A DNA stretch of 64,000 nucleotides from an uncultured bacterium (GTDB taxonomy: Bacteria; Armatimonadota; UBA5829): NCBI GenBank assembly GCA_938074205.1, contig CALJES010000005.1, positions 10,136 through 74,135 on the forward strand, in the 5' to 3' direction. The notes beneath the pieces were generated by a model that searched no databases, was not told where the DNA came from, and worked only from the letters and a program-made list of their open reading frames with translations. Below are positions 51,645-59,379 of the stretch, piece after piece. Each line of letters opens with the position of its first letter. The stretch's first letter is position 1. The position numbers were made by a program, and so were the translations under genes.

Positions 51645-52007
51645 CTACCTCCACTCCACGTGGCAGCCCTCCTGCGGAATCGTCGCCAATCCCAGTCGAG
51701 CGGCCTCTTGCTTTAGCTGCGCGTAGAACTCGGGCCAGTTCCAACCCCTCGACTTGCTTACGATGTCCGCAGCTCTGCCGGAAAGGTGCCGGCTGTTCAT
51801 CGTCCAGGTGACAGGCTTGCATCTTTTGTGATGCGTTCTGCCGTATCCGTAAAGCCATTCCTGGCGCTCGCGGCTGCGTGCGGCTTCGAATATTATCGGG
51901 TCGAATCCGCGTTCGGTCATGCGATCCAAAAGTCGCTCAACCTTGCGCCTAAACGGCTCCCAAAGCGAGTTTATGTCCGCACAGCGTGCAGGTTCCCGAG
52001 CTATCAT
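51645..52007 (-). CDS. M15 family peptidase endolysin (L-Ala-D-Glu peptidase-like)
   Basis: RSRERQEWLY, SRHLSGRAAD, EGCHVE zinc motifs; ATG overlaps the holin stop (ATGA). Confidence 0.82.
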   Translation of the reverse strand: MIAREPARCADINSLWEPFRRKVERLLDRMTERGFDPIIFEAARSRERQEWLYGYGRTHHKRCKPVTWTMNSRHLSGRAADIVSKSRGWNWPEFYAQLKQEAARLGLATIPQEGCHVEWR

Positions 52008-52327
52008 CTCTTGCCCCTTTTCCACTGCTGATAGACATGCTCAACCAGCAGATTCGCAATCGATTGCGGCACCGGAAACCCCAGCTTGCGCACCGTAAAC
52101 TCCTGCAAGTAAGTCACCGCCTGCGCACGTCGACCCTCAGGAGAAAGCTCTTCTATCGCGGCAGCACGCTCAATCGCATCCGTTATCCGTGCAAACCCGA
52201 TTCTGCGAAGCCATTTGCGCGCCCACGCCGGAAGCCTGTCCCTGCGAGCGGCAAGAGCCGTCAGAAAACCTACGATCCCCACTGCCAGGGATATCCAATC
52301 GTCCAACGGAACGCCTTTCCAATCCAT
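52004..52327 (-). CDS. Putative holin (single N-terminal TM, LL-H-like)
   Basis: One TM followed by a helical cytoplasmic domain, basic C-terminus, coupled to the endolysin. Confidence 0.6.
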   Translation of the reverse strand: MDWKGVPLDDWISLAVGIVGFLTALAARRDRLPAWARKWLRRIGFARITDAIERAAAIEELSPEGRRAQAVTYLQEFTVRKLGFPVPQSIANLLVEHVYQQWKRGKR

Positions 52328-52355
52328 AAACTCAAAGCTCCTTTCGCGAAATCCA

Positions 52356-52655
52356 CTAGGCGAGGATGGCGATCTTCACCACGATAGTCTCCCCGATTCG
52401 GTTGTTCGAAGTCTTCAGCACCGTATATGTGCGGCCGTCGCGGGTGATACGATCGTTGAGCGCAATGGGAACCTCAGGTCCGGTCACGAGCATCAAAGCA
52501 GGCCTTGCAACACCCATCAGCTCAACATCATCCAGATACGTGCGCATCGTCCCGGAGTTCAGGGGTGCAAATACGCCGTAATAGGTGTTTGAGCCCAACA
52601 CAAACCTCTCGCCGTATGTGGCGATTTTCCGTTTGACGCGCTCTAGAAGCCTCAT
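52356..52655 (-). CDS. Putative head-closure (stopper) protein
   Basis: 99 aa, beta-rich, NDRITRDGRTYTV motif typical of FII/gp16-like proteins; ATG directly after the adaptor stop. Confidence 0.55.
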   Translation of the reverse strand: MRLLERVKRKIATYGERFVLGSNTYYGVFAPLNSGTMRTYLDDVELMGVARPALMLVTGPEVPIALNDRITRDGRTYTVLKTSNNRIGETIVVKIAILA

Positions 52656-53084
52656 CTACCAAACCTCCTCGCCGATAGAAAAAACCGTCTGCGCGTCCTT
52701 CGTGTTACTCGACGTGCCGCTTTCGGACATCATCGGCAGCATGCTTTTAAGAAACGGCGCAAGACGCGTCGCCCCCTGCTGGATGAGATCCACTCCCTGC
52801 CGTGAGCGTTCTCCAATAGACAACCCCGCCACTGAAAACTGCTCAGCTGCGCCAGCTTCTCGCGCCAACTGCTCCAGGAACTCGCCAGTTATTATCTCCA
52901 GCATCCCCAACTTGAGCACAGCCTGCAGGTTCTCATCGGCAGTGTTCGCCAAGTGCTCCGGCGAAATAGAAAATTCGAGCGTGGGCTGCAACTCAGCTAT
53001 CAAGGCTGAGATTGCGGAGTCGTAATCCGAGGTGGTTATCATCGCCTTGCGCTTGACTTCGGCCGCGGTGATAGTTATCGCCAT
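52656..53084 (-). CDS. Putative head-tail adaptor (gp6/gp15-like)
   Basis: Helical, ITAAEVK...DSAISALI N-terminus, immediately after the MCP. Confidence 0.55.
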   Translation of the reverse strand: MAITITAAEVKRKAMITTSDYDSAISALIAELQPTLEFSISPEHLANTADENLQAVLKLGMLEIITGEFLEQLAREAGAAEQFSVAGLSIGERSRQGVDLIQQGATRLAPFLKSMLPMMSESGTSSNTKDAQTVFSIGEEVW

Positions 53085-53102
53085 AGGTCGCTCCTTTCTA
53101 GG

Positions 53103-54008
53103 CTAGCTAACCTGGCTTCCGTAAGCTGTCTGCCAGAGGCCGTAGCCTGCATTGTAGCGAGCGCGGACGCCGTATATGTATTGATCGCGCATAAACCCGC
53201 TCTCGGAGTCTGCCTCGAGAGCCGCGAACTCCACCGGCGTGCGAAGCTGGAGCAGAATGGGCTTGAGGATCCCTTTTGTCGAAAGGACGAACCAGTTGTT
53301 GGGATCAGTCAGATACGGCGATACGATCAAATCCAGCTTGCCACGCAGAACGTTGGAAGATAGCCTGGCAGTGGTTGAGCCCTCCTCTGGCCAGTAGGTG
53401 GATTCCAAAAGCTCCATGGCGGTCCACTGCAGGTCTGGGGGCACCACCAGCACGTCTGGCACAATTCCCAACAGCTTCCCGCGATCGTCCTTGAACTTCA
53501 TCATCGCCGTAATCGCGCTCTGAAGCGCGGCAGCATCCAGAGGAAGCGTCCCCTTGTTCGACTGCGTCCCGGATTCGCCTGTAGCATGGTCAGTGTCGAA
53601 GAAATACTGGCCGTCATAACACGGCGTGCTGAACCCGTTTGCAAGCAGGGTAAACACCAGCTCGTCCATATGGCGCTTCACCTCGCGCGCCAGCGACTGC
53701 ACGCGCAGCCTGATTTGGCCGTATTTATCGTCCTCGATTGCTGCGCGCTCTATTGCGATAGAGGACTCCCAGGTCTTGTTTCGGATGGTGTAACTGTGCT
53801 CCAGAAGTCCCAGAGGCATGCGTTCATCTGTGAACTCCCTAACTCTTGGCACAGCTCCCAGCCAGGCGTATACTTCCTCGTCAGATTCGGACGGCACTAT
53901 TGTCGCGATGCGCTCGTAGTCGCCGACCGCCGAATCCAGCGCCTCGAAGAACACGGTTTTCAGTCCGTCCTCGAGCAGTTTGGGTGTATCTGATCTGGTA
54001 AGCGGCAT
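53103..54008 (-). CDS. Mu-like major capsid protein (gpT family)
   Basis: YAWLG, AIEDDKYG, CYDGQYFFDTDH signature, LVVPPDL, YGVRARYNAGYGLWQ; ATG 54008 after GAAAGGAG. Confidence 0.88.
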   Translation of the reverse strand: MPLTRSDTPKLLEDGLKTVFFEALDSAVGDYERIATIVPSESDEEVYAWLGAVPRVREFTDERMPLGLLEHSYTIRNKTWESSIAIERAAIEDDKYGQIRLRVQSLAREVKRHMDELVFTLLANGFSTPCYDGQYFFDTDHATGESGTQSNKGTLPLDAAALQSAITAMMKFKDDRGKLLGIVPDVLVVPPDLQWTAMELLESTYWPEEGSTTARLSSNVLRGKLDLIVSPYLTDPNNWFVLSTKGILKPILLQLRTPVEFAALEADSESGFMRDQYIYGVRARYNAGYGLWQTAYGSQVS

Positions 54009-54075
54009 TGTGTTGCTCCTTTCTTGGTATGTTGATAGTTGTAGTAGGCCGGCAACAGCAGGCTGTGCCGGCTTT

Positions 54076-54492
54076 TTAACTTGCGTATCGGTCGATGCGG
54101 ATTCGCACCTGTGTGGGCGATATGCTCTCGACGGCCACTCCGGCCTTGATGCCATTTGTGGTTGCGGCGTCGGTGACGGTTTGGTTGTCCACTATATTGA
54201 ACTCGACGCCTACGTCCGTCTGCGCGCCGTTTGCCCCGCCGTCGATAAAGACGAAAGTGCCTGTGGTTTCAACCCTGATCGACAGATCTCCAGGGTTGCC
54301 GGCGGAGTTATCGAGCGTTTCGTAGGCTACGCCTGCGAACTTTTCGCCTGCGGTATCCGAGGCATTTGTGGCGTAGCCGGCGGAGTTGATGCTGACCAGC
54401 GCGCCCTTAGGGATCTTCACGGCAGCCATCGGATAGCTGATCAGCTTGCCATCTTTTCTCTTTGCTTCTCTTGCTGTTGTGGTTGCGGTCAT
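54076..54492 (-). CDS. Capsid decoration/cement protein (Mu-like)
   Basis: 138 aa, KIPKGALV...FAGVAYE..DNSAG; located between protease and MCP. Confidence 0.65.
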   Translation of the reverse strand: MTATTTAREAKRKDGKLISYPMAAVKIPKGALVSINSAGYATNASDTAGEKFAGVAYETLDNSAGNPGDLSIRVETTGTFVFIDGGANGAQTDVGVEFNIVDNQTVTDAATTNGIKAGVAVESISPTQVRIRIDRYAS

Positions 54493-54548
54493 GGTATGCT
54501 CCTTTCGTGTTGTGATTTGCCGCTATGCGGCGGCAGAGATGATGCGCA

Positions 54549-54950
54549 TTGCCGAAAGACCCCATCCCCAACCAGATAGATCGAATTGGAAACCGGCGGC
54601 TGGCGGGGTGTACGGCTAAGTTCGCGGCACTGCTGCTTGTGGGGATCGGCGTTTTGGCTGTCACCACTCGGACTACACGCGATCCGGGCACCAGGTTCGC
54701 AGTAGCTGTGGGGCTTTGCGGGCTGCTTTTCGGATTTTACGTGTCGCTTCTTTCGACGTGGGCAAGCAGGGTTCTCAGTTGGTTCTTTGTGCTGTTCCCG
54801 ATAGCCGCCACGCTGGTGATGTATGTATGCCGGACGATGCTGGGCTGGTCTGACGAGCTGCCGCTGAGATTGGTTCTTGCGCCGCTTGCGTTTGCCGCCG
54901 GTTTCCTGGTGGGGAAGGGGAGGTTAGCAAGGGTTCAGCGGTTGCGGTAG
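54549..54950 (+). CDS. Hypothetical four-TM membrane protein, antisense to the capsid module
   Basis: Four hydrophobic segments; fills the gap between protease and decoration genes; weak TTG start. Confidence 0.5.
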   Translation: MPKDPIPNQIDRIGNRRLAGCTAKFAALLLVGIGVLAVTTRTTRDPGTRFAVAVGLCGLLFGFYVSLLSTWASRVLSWFFVLFPIAATLVMYVCRTMLGWSDELPLRLVLAPLAFAAGFLVGKGRLARVQRLR

Positions 54951-55672
54951 CGCTCTACTTGGCTCGTGGTGACGCCTAGCTTGGCGAATACCTCGGGCTC
55001 CTCGCCTGCGATATCCCCTGCCTCAGCTAGCTCAGCAAATTCGATCACCTTCGGCTGAGACTCCAGAAACCACAAAAACAACCTCCTGACTGGCATAGCC
55101 TCACCGCCGAACGTTATCGCGTTGGAGTCGTCCGACTCGAGTATCGCCCTTGCGAAAAGCTCCGCTGCTGGCACGAGCTTGCCCTCGCGCTTGAGCCTTT
55201 CTATCTCGATTTCGGCATCTTTGCGGCGGATTTCTTGGCGAAGCCGCTCAGCCTCGGTAACTGCGGAAAACGGCTCGTCAAGGACTAGCTCCGATTGCGC
55301 CGGAATAGATAACTGGCTGCCGGCGAAGACCGTGGCGTCGGCGACTCTCGGCTCGCGCACGAGCGAAACCTCCAAAATTGCGCTTTTATCGTTTCGAAGG
55401 GCGACCGAAAGCCGACGCGCGTTTGCGGCCTTCACAAGCTCCCAGGCAGCGCGGGTGAATCGGAGCCTGCCGAAGAGTTCCTTGCCCTTGCGGTATACGG
55501 ACTTCACGACCCCGAGCGCGCCGTCGAAAGGTGTGGCGATGTGCTCAATGCGTATAGGTGCTTCGGTCGTATTTTGGACGATGCGATCGAGGTCCTCTTC
55601 TGTTATCTCGACTCCTCTATCTGGATAACTACCCGCCTCAAATAACTTGGCTTCTCTTTCGATTGTGTCCAC
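54935..55672 (-). CDS. Prohead protease-scaffold fusion (Mu gpI/HK97-type)
   Basis: IRIEH, LEVSLVREP, C-terminal coiled coil ending KLGVT; GTG 55672 after AGGAAGGGAG. Confidence 0.72.
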   Translation of the reverse strand: MDTIEREAKLFEAGSYPDRGVEITEEDLDRIVQNTTEAPIRIEHIATPFDGALGVVKSVYRKGKELFGRLRFTRAAWELVKAANARRLSVALRNDKSAILEVSLVREPRVADATVFAGSQLSIPAQSELVLDEPFSAVTEAERLRQEIRRKDAEIEIERLKREGKLVPAAELFARAILESDDSNAITFGGEAMPVRRLFLWFLESQPKVIEFAELAEAGDIAGEEPEVFAKLGVTTSQVERYRNR

Positions 55673-55694
55673 GTTGATCTTAACTCCCTTCCTT

Positions 55695-56960
55695 TCAAAT
55701 TTCTGACGGTGAAACATTTCCATCCCCCGGAATACCCAGGTACTCCCGAATCCAGCCCTCGTTCGGCCGCACCACATTGCCCGCCACCAGTTTGGCTATC
55801 ACATCAGCAAGCGACTCCAAATCCCGATCCTCAAGCGGACCCAGACTGAAAACGGGATACGCACCGGCACTGAAGTTGTAGTCAACCAGTCGCCGGATCA
55901 CCTGCTCGCGCATAATCGACTCCTCCAGGTCCCGCTTCAGCTTCGCCAGGCACATCTTCAACACGCTCAGGTGCACCTTCGCAAGCGCAAACGAGCCGAC
56001 GCGCATGCCCTCCTCAGTGAGCAATGTCTGATGCAGGATAGCCTTTGCAATCTGCCTGTCGTGAAACTCCAGCGCCTGCAAATATCCTGCCTCGCCGCCC
56101 CTGTGCGCCTCCAGAAGCTCGATCTGCACATCTTCCGGGATGACTATCGCCGTCTCCTGTTGGATCTTCTCGAGCACGCGCAGCAGCTCTTCCTGGGCAG
56201 CCTTCGGCGTGCCGCGTTTGTAGGAGCCTTTTGCCGTAGGCGAGCCGTATTTCTCCAAGTAAAGGTTCATAAACCGCATCAGCACGTCTTTCGACCAGTA
56301 GTGCTTATAGGCGGCGCGCAGATCGGACGTGCCGTAAGGCGATTCATACCGCGGATTGTAAGAGTAGATTATGAACTTCTCCGGCGGCAGGTGCGTTTCG
56401 TTGATATTAGCCTTTCCCACCACAGGCGATGATCCCGCGAATCCCGTGCGTTTCAGCGACTTTATGTTCAGAAACTCATCTGTCACGAACTCGAAGGTGG
56501 ACGGGTCCTTCGCCTTGATCGAAGCAAGCCCTATCATGCCGGCGTAAGGCTGCCTGTCGATGATGCGGTAGTTTATCTCGAGTATAGAAAAGCCTTTCGC
56601 AATGGCGTCCAGCGCATTGGCGAGCACGTCCAAGATGGAGCCGCGCATATCCTCCAGCGCAAAACGGACGAAATCTGCAATGCGAACGTCCTCCGGATAA
56701 TCCGAAGCAGGATGTATTTCCCAACCGCGGGAGAGCACTGCAAACTTCTTGATCGCCAGGCAGGCTTGAACTTGCGCGTCCTGCTGCATCTGATCATAAA
56801 CCGCGTATCCTCGCTTGCCCACAAGATCGTCCGGGTTGCACGGCGGAATGCCCTTCAGCACGGCAGGCAAACCTCCGCGAGCCGAGGCAACCTCCCCAAG
56901 CGGCGGCGGACGCCGAAGACTTGCCTTGCGCGCAAACGCATGAAAAAACCGAATTGACAT
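55695..56960 (-). CDS. Portal protein (DUF935/Mu gp29-like)
   Basis: DAQVQAC, LDAIAKGFS, YESPYG, LEKYGSP, QIAKAILHQTL, GSFALAKVH. Confidence 0.85.
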   Translation of the reverse strand: MSIRFFHAFARKASLRRPPPLGEVASARGGLPAVLKGIPPCNPDDLVGKRGYAVYDQMQQDAQVQACLAIKKFAVLSRGWEIHPASDYPEDVRIADFVRFALEDMRGSILDVLANALDAIAKGFSILEINYRIIDRQPYAGMIGLASIKAKDPSTFEFVTDEFLNIKSLKRTGFAGSSPVVGKANINETHLPPEKFIIYSYNPRYESPYGTSDLRAAYKHYWSKDVLMRFMNLYLEKYGSPTAKGSYKRGTPKAAQEELLRVLEKIQQETAIVIPEDVQIELLEAHRGGEAGYLQALEFHDRQIAKAILHQTLLTEEGMRVGSFALAKVHLSVLKMCLAKLKRDLEESIMREQVIRRLVDYNFSAGAYPVFSLGPLEDRDLESLADVIAKLVAGNVVRPNEGWIREYLGIPGDGNVSPSEI

Positions 56961-57102
56961 ACTCAAACATTCTCCTTTCATGTATAGTGGGCTCTAGTGT
57001 AATATGTTTGCGTTCGCCTGTGCGCCGGCTGAGCTTCACTTGATCCGGGATGCTAAGAATGACAACTGACAAACACAGCAATACGCGTTCGGAGGTGTAA
57101 GA

Positions 57103-57963
57103 ATGGACATAATCTCGCAAATATTCTGGTTCATAATCCTGATATCGTTCATGCTGCCGGGCTTCAAGCAGCGGATGCTGGATTCCGCTCGATTGCGCCT
57201 CATACACTTGCTCGAAAAGAAGCGAGGCTCCCGCGTCATTACCCTAATTCACCGCCAGGAGCAGATGGCTTTATTCGGCATCCCCTTCTTCCGCTACATT
57301 AACATCGACGACAGCGAGCAAGTCCTCAGAGCGATACGGCTCACACCTGCGCACATGCCAATCGACATGGTTCTGCACACACCGGGAGGTCTGGTGCTCG
57401 CAAGCGAACAGATTGCAATGGCTCTTCGCGCCCACGAAGCTCCCGTTACCGTGTTCGTGCCCCACTACGCTATGTCCGGAGGCACGATGATAGCCCTGGC
57501 CGCAAATCATATCGTTATGGACAAGAACGCCGTGCTGGGGCCGGTCGACCCCCAACTGGGCGAGTATCCGGCTGCCTCGATCATCAAAGCAGTTGAAACC
57601 AAACCCATAAGCGAAGTCGAGGACAAAACCCTCATATACGCCGATATAGCTCGCAAGGCAATCGACCAGGTCAGATGCGTGCTCAAATATCTGCTAGCCG
57701 AAAAGTTCGACGAGGCCAAAGCCGAAGAGCTTGCGCGCACACTCAGCGAAGGACGCTGGACCCACGACTATCCGATCACCGTCGATGAGCTAATTGAAAT
57801 GGGAATCGACGTGTCCACAGACGTCCCCGAAGAAGTATATGCCCTGATGGATCTATATCCTCAGCCGGCACAGCGCAGACCCAGCGTGGAGTTCATCCCG
57901 ATGCCCTACGGTCCGCCTTCCCTGCCAACACCTAAACCCGGGCAGAAAGGTGACAAGGTTTGA
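57103..57963 (+). CDS. SDH-type ClpP-fold serine protease (DUF114/SDH_sah)
   Basis: N-terminal TM, LHTPGG, YAMSGGTMIAL, GPVDPQ, WTHDYP; GGAGG RBS. Confidence 0.85.
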   Translation: MDIISQIFWFIILISFMLPGFKQRMLDSARLRLIHLLEKKRGSRVITLIHRQEQMALFGIPFFRYINIDDSEQVLRAIRLTPAHMPIDMVLHTPGGLVLASEQIAMALRAHEAPVTVFVPHYAMSGGTMIALAANHIVMDKNAVLGPVDPQLGEYPAASIIKAVETKPISEVEDKTLIYADIARKAIDQVRCVLKYLLAEKFDEAKAEELARTLSEGRWTHDYPITVDELIEMGIDVSTDVPEEVYALMDLYPQPAQRRPSVEFIPMPYGPPSLPTPKPGQKGDKV

Positions 57964-57981
57964 ATCCGACCGCGCCACGTT

Positions 57982-58359
57982 TTAGGCGTCGACAACTGCA
58001 AAGATCAGCCCCAGGTTTCCCTCCGGGAACGCCATCGCGCCCATGAACTCGTCATAGGCTGCCCAATACACCGTGTACGTGCCAGCGGGAAGCCCCAAGG
58101 TAGCCAACACCGGCTGCTGGGCAATTCCGCGAAGAACCAACAGTAGGTCCCAGTTGGTAAGGCTCGGAGCAGCATCGAATCTGACGGCGACCATCGCGGG
58201 ACAGCCGTCGGCAAGTGCCACCGCCCCAATGGTAACTTTTGAATCTTCGGCCAGCGCAAGAGTAAAGCTGCCGCTGCTTTCGCCACCGACATCCGCGATC
58301 TGGATGCCTCGCCTGGTGCGAAGCGAGGTCTGAATGGGTATTACGTTTTGAGTGGCCAC
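57982..58359 (-). CDS. Hypothetical beta-rich protein
   Basis: 125 aa, GTG start after AAGGAGG. Confidence 0.55.
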   Translation of the reverse strand: MATQNVIPIQTSLRTRRGIQIADVGGESSGSFTLALAEDSKVTIGAVALADGCPAMVAVRFDAAPSLTNWDLLLVLRGIAQQPVLATLGLPAGTYTVYWAAYDEFMGAMAFPEGNLGLIFAVVDA

Positions 58360-58403
58360 GCGTTTTCCTCCTTGGAACGTATTCGATGGTCGATAAAAAC
58401 TGC

Positions 58404-58430
58404 AAAAAAAGACCCGCCTTTCGGCGGGTC
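58404..58430 (-). terminator. Intrinsic terminator of the PEP-CTERM gene
   Basis: GACCCGCC-GAAA-GGCGGGTC-T7 on the minus strand. Confidence 0.85.
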
Positions 58431-58461
58431 AAAAGGAAACTCGTTCTGCGTTCTGACTTGA

Positions 58462-59208
58462 CTAACTTCTGCGGCGCCTAAGCACGAACATCGTGCCCCC
58501 AACTCCCGTCAGCACAGCCAAGAATCCGCCCGGCTCAGGGATTTCGCGCACTCGGAAGCTCGAAGTTCCGCTCGCCAGGTCAAATGGTGTAAGGTCGAAC
58601 TGGAACTCCGACTGCATGTCGTAGATGTTCCCTACGAACTGCCACGGTGGCACGGTTTCCCCAACAGCGATCGTTCCGTAAGCCGGCACAATCACCGGGC
58701 CGCTTACCAGGTACGCAAAGGTAGCGAACCCCGGGCTGTTGTACCTGGCCTCGTAGAACTTCCCACCAGGGAAAAGCCCGTTAGCAATTGCACCACCGAC
58801 AGCACCACCCTGTTCATCGCCATCAGTAACGGTGATACCCGCGGTGGCCGTTGCTTCCCCTAGGATTGCTGGGAAGATCAGCAGGCCCGATGTGATCACA
58901 AATGTCGTGGTCGCGTGACCTGCCTGCACGTTGAAGGCCAGGTTGATGATCGGGTCAGGGTCCACAGAAATTAGCACCTGCTTGATGACGGCGCCGTTGG
59001 CAAGACTGATATCGCGCCATTCTTTCTGTAGCATCCCATTGTAGCCCGCCAGTTCGGCCGCGTTGTCTATCACAACGCTGACGGCTACAACGTTTCCTTC
59101 ACTGCGCACCGCCAGCGCCCAACCCTCAGTCGACGGAGCTGCGCTCGCAGAGCACGCCGCAACTATCGCCAGAACCAAAACCACTGCTCCCAACCAACTC
59201 GCTCTCAT
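58462..59208 (-). CDS. PEP-CTERM surface protein
   Basis: Signal peptide; C-terminal IPEPGG, TM segment and RRRRS. Confidence 0.85.
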   Translation of the reverse strand: MRASWLGAVVLVLAIVAACSASAAPSTEGWALAVRSEGNVVAVSVVIDNAAELAGYNGMLQKEWRDISLANGAVIKQVLISVDPDPIINLAFNVQAGHATTTFVITSGLLIFPAILGEATATAGITVTDGDEQGGAVGGAIANGLFPGGKFYEARYNSPGFATFAYLVSGPVIVPAYGTIAVGETVPPWQFVGNIYDMQSEFQFDLTPFDLASGTSSFRVREIPEPGGFLAVLTGVGGTMFVLRRRRS

Positions 59209-59285
59209 AGCACCTTTCCTCCAATCCTTGTGGCGCTTCTGCATTTGGGAGTCAAGCAAGGGCACCACGTCCCTCGTCAGTTCGC

Positions 59286-59314
59286 AATATATCCCAAGGT
59301 ACGGGGTTTGTCAA
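59286..59314 (-). promoter_or_regulatory. sigma70 promoter of the PEP-CTERM gene
   Basis: TTGACA-17nt-TATATT. Confidence 0.65.
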
Positions 59315-59379
59315 CCGTCCGTAGAAAATTTTATTCAACTATTTTTTGGGCTTGTTTTTGGGCTCCAATTAGTATTGTG

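Noticed and set aside
53103-54008. Encapsulin nanocompartment
   Set aside because: The gpT signature plus portal, terminase, protease and lysis genes indicate DNA packaging rather than enzyme cargo.
54009-54155. Extended MCP start
   Set aside because: It overlaps the decoration gene; a strong RBS precedes ATG 54008.
58372-58386. LexA-like box GAAC-GT-ATTC upstream of the 125-aa gene
   Set aside because: Spacing does not match GAAC-N4-GTTC, and no matching box is seen at the other module promoters.
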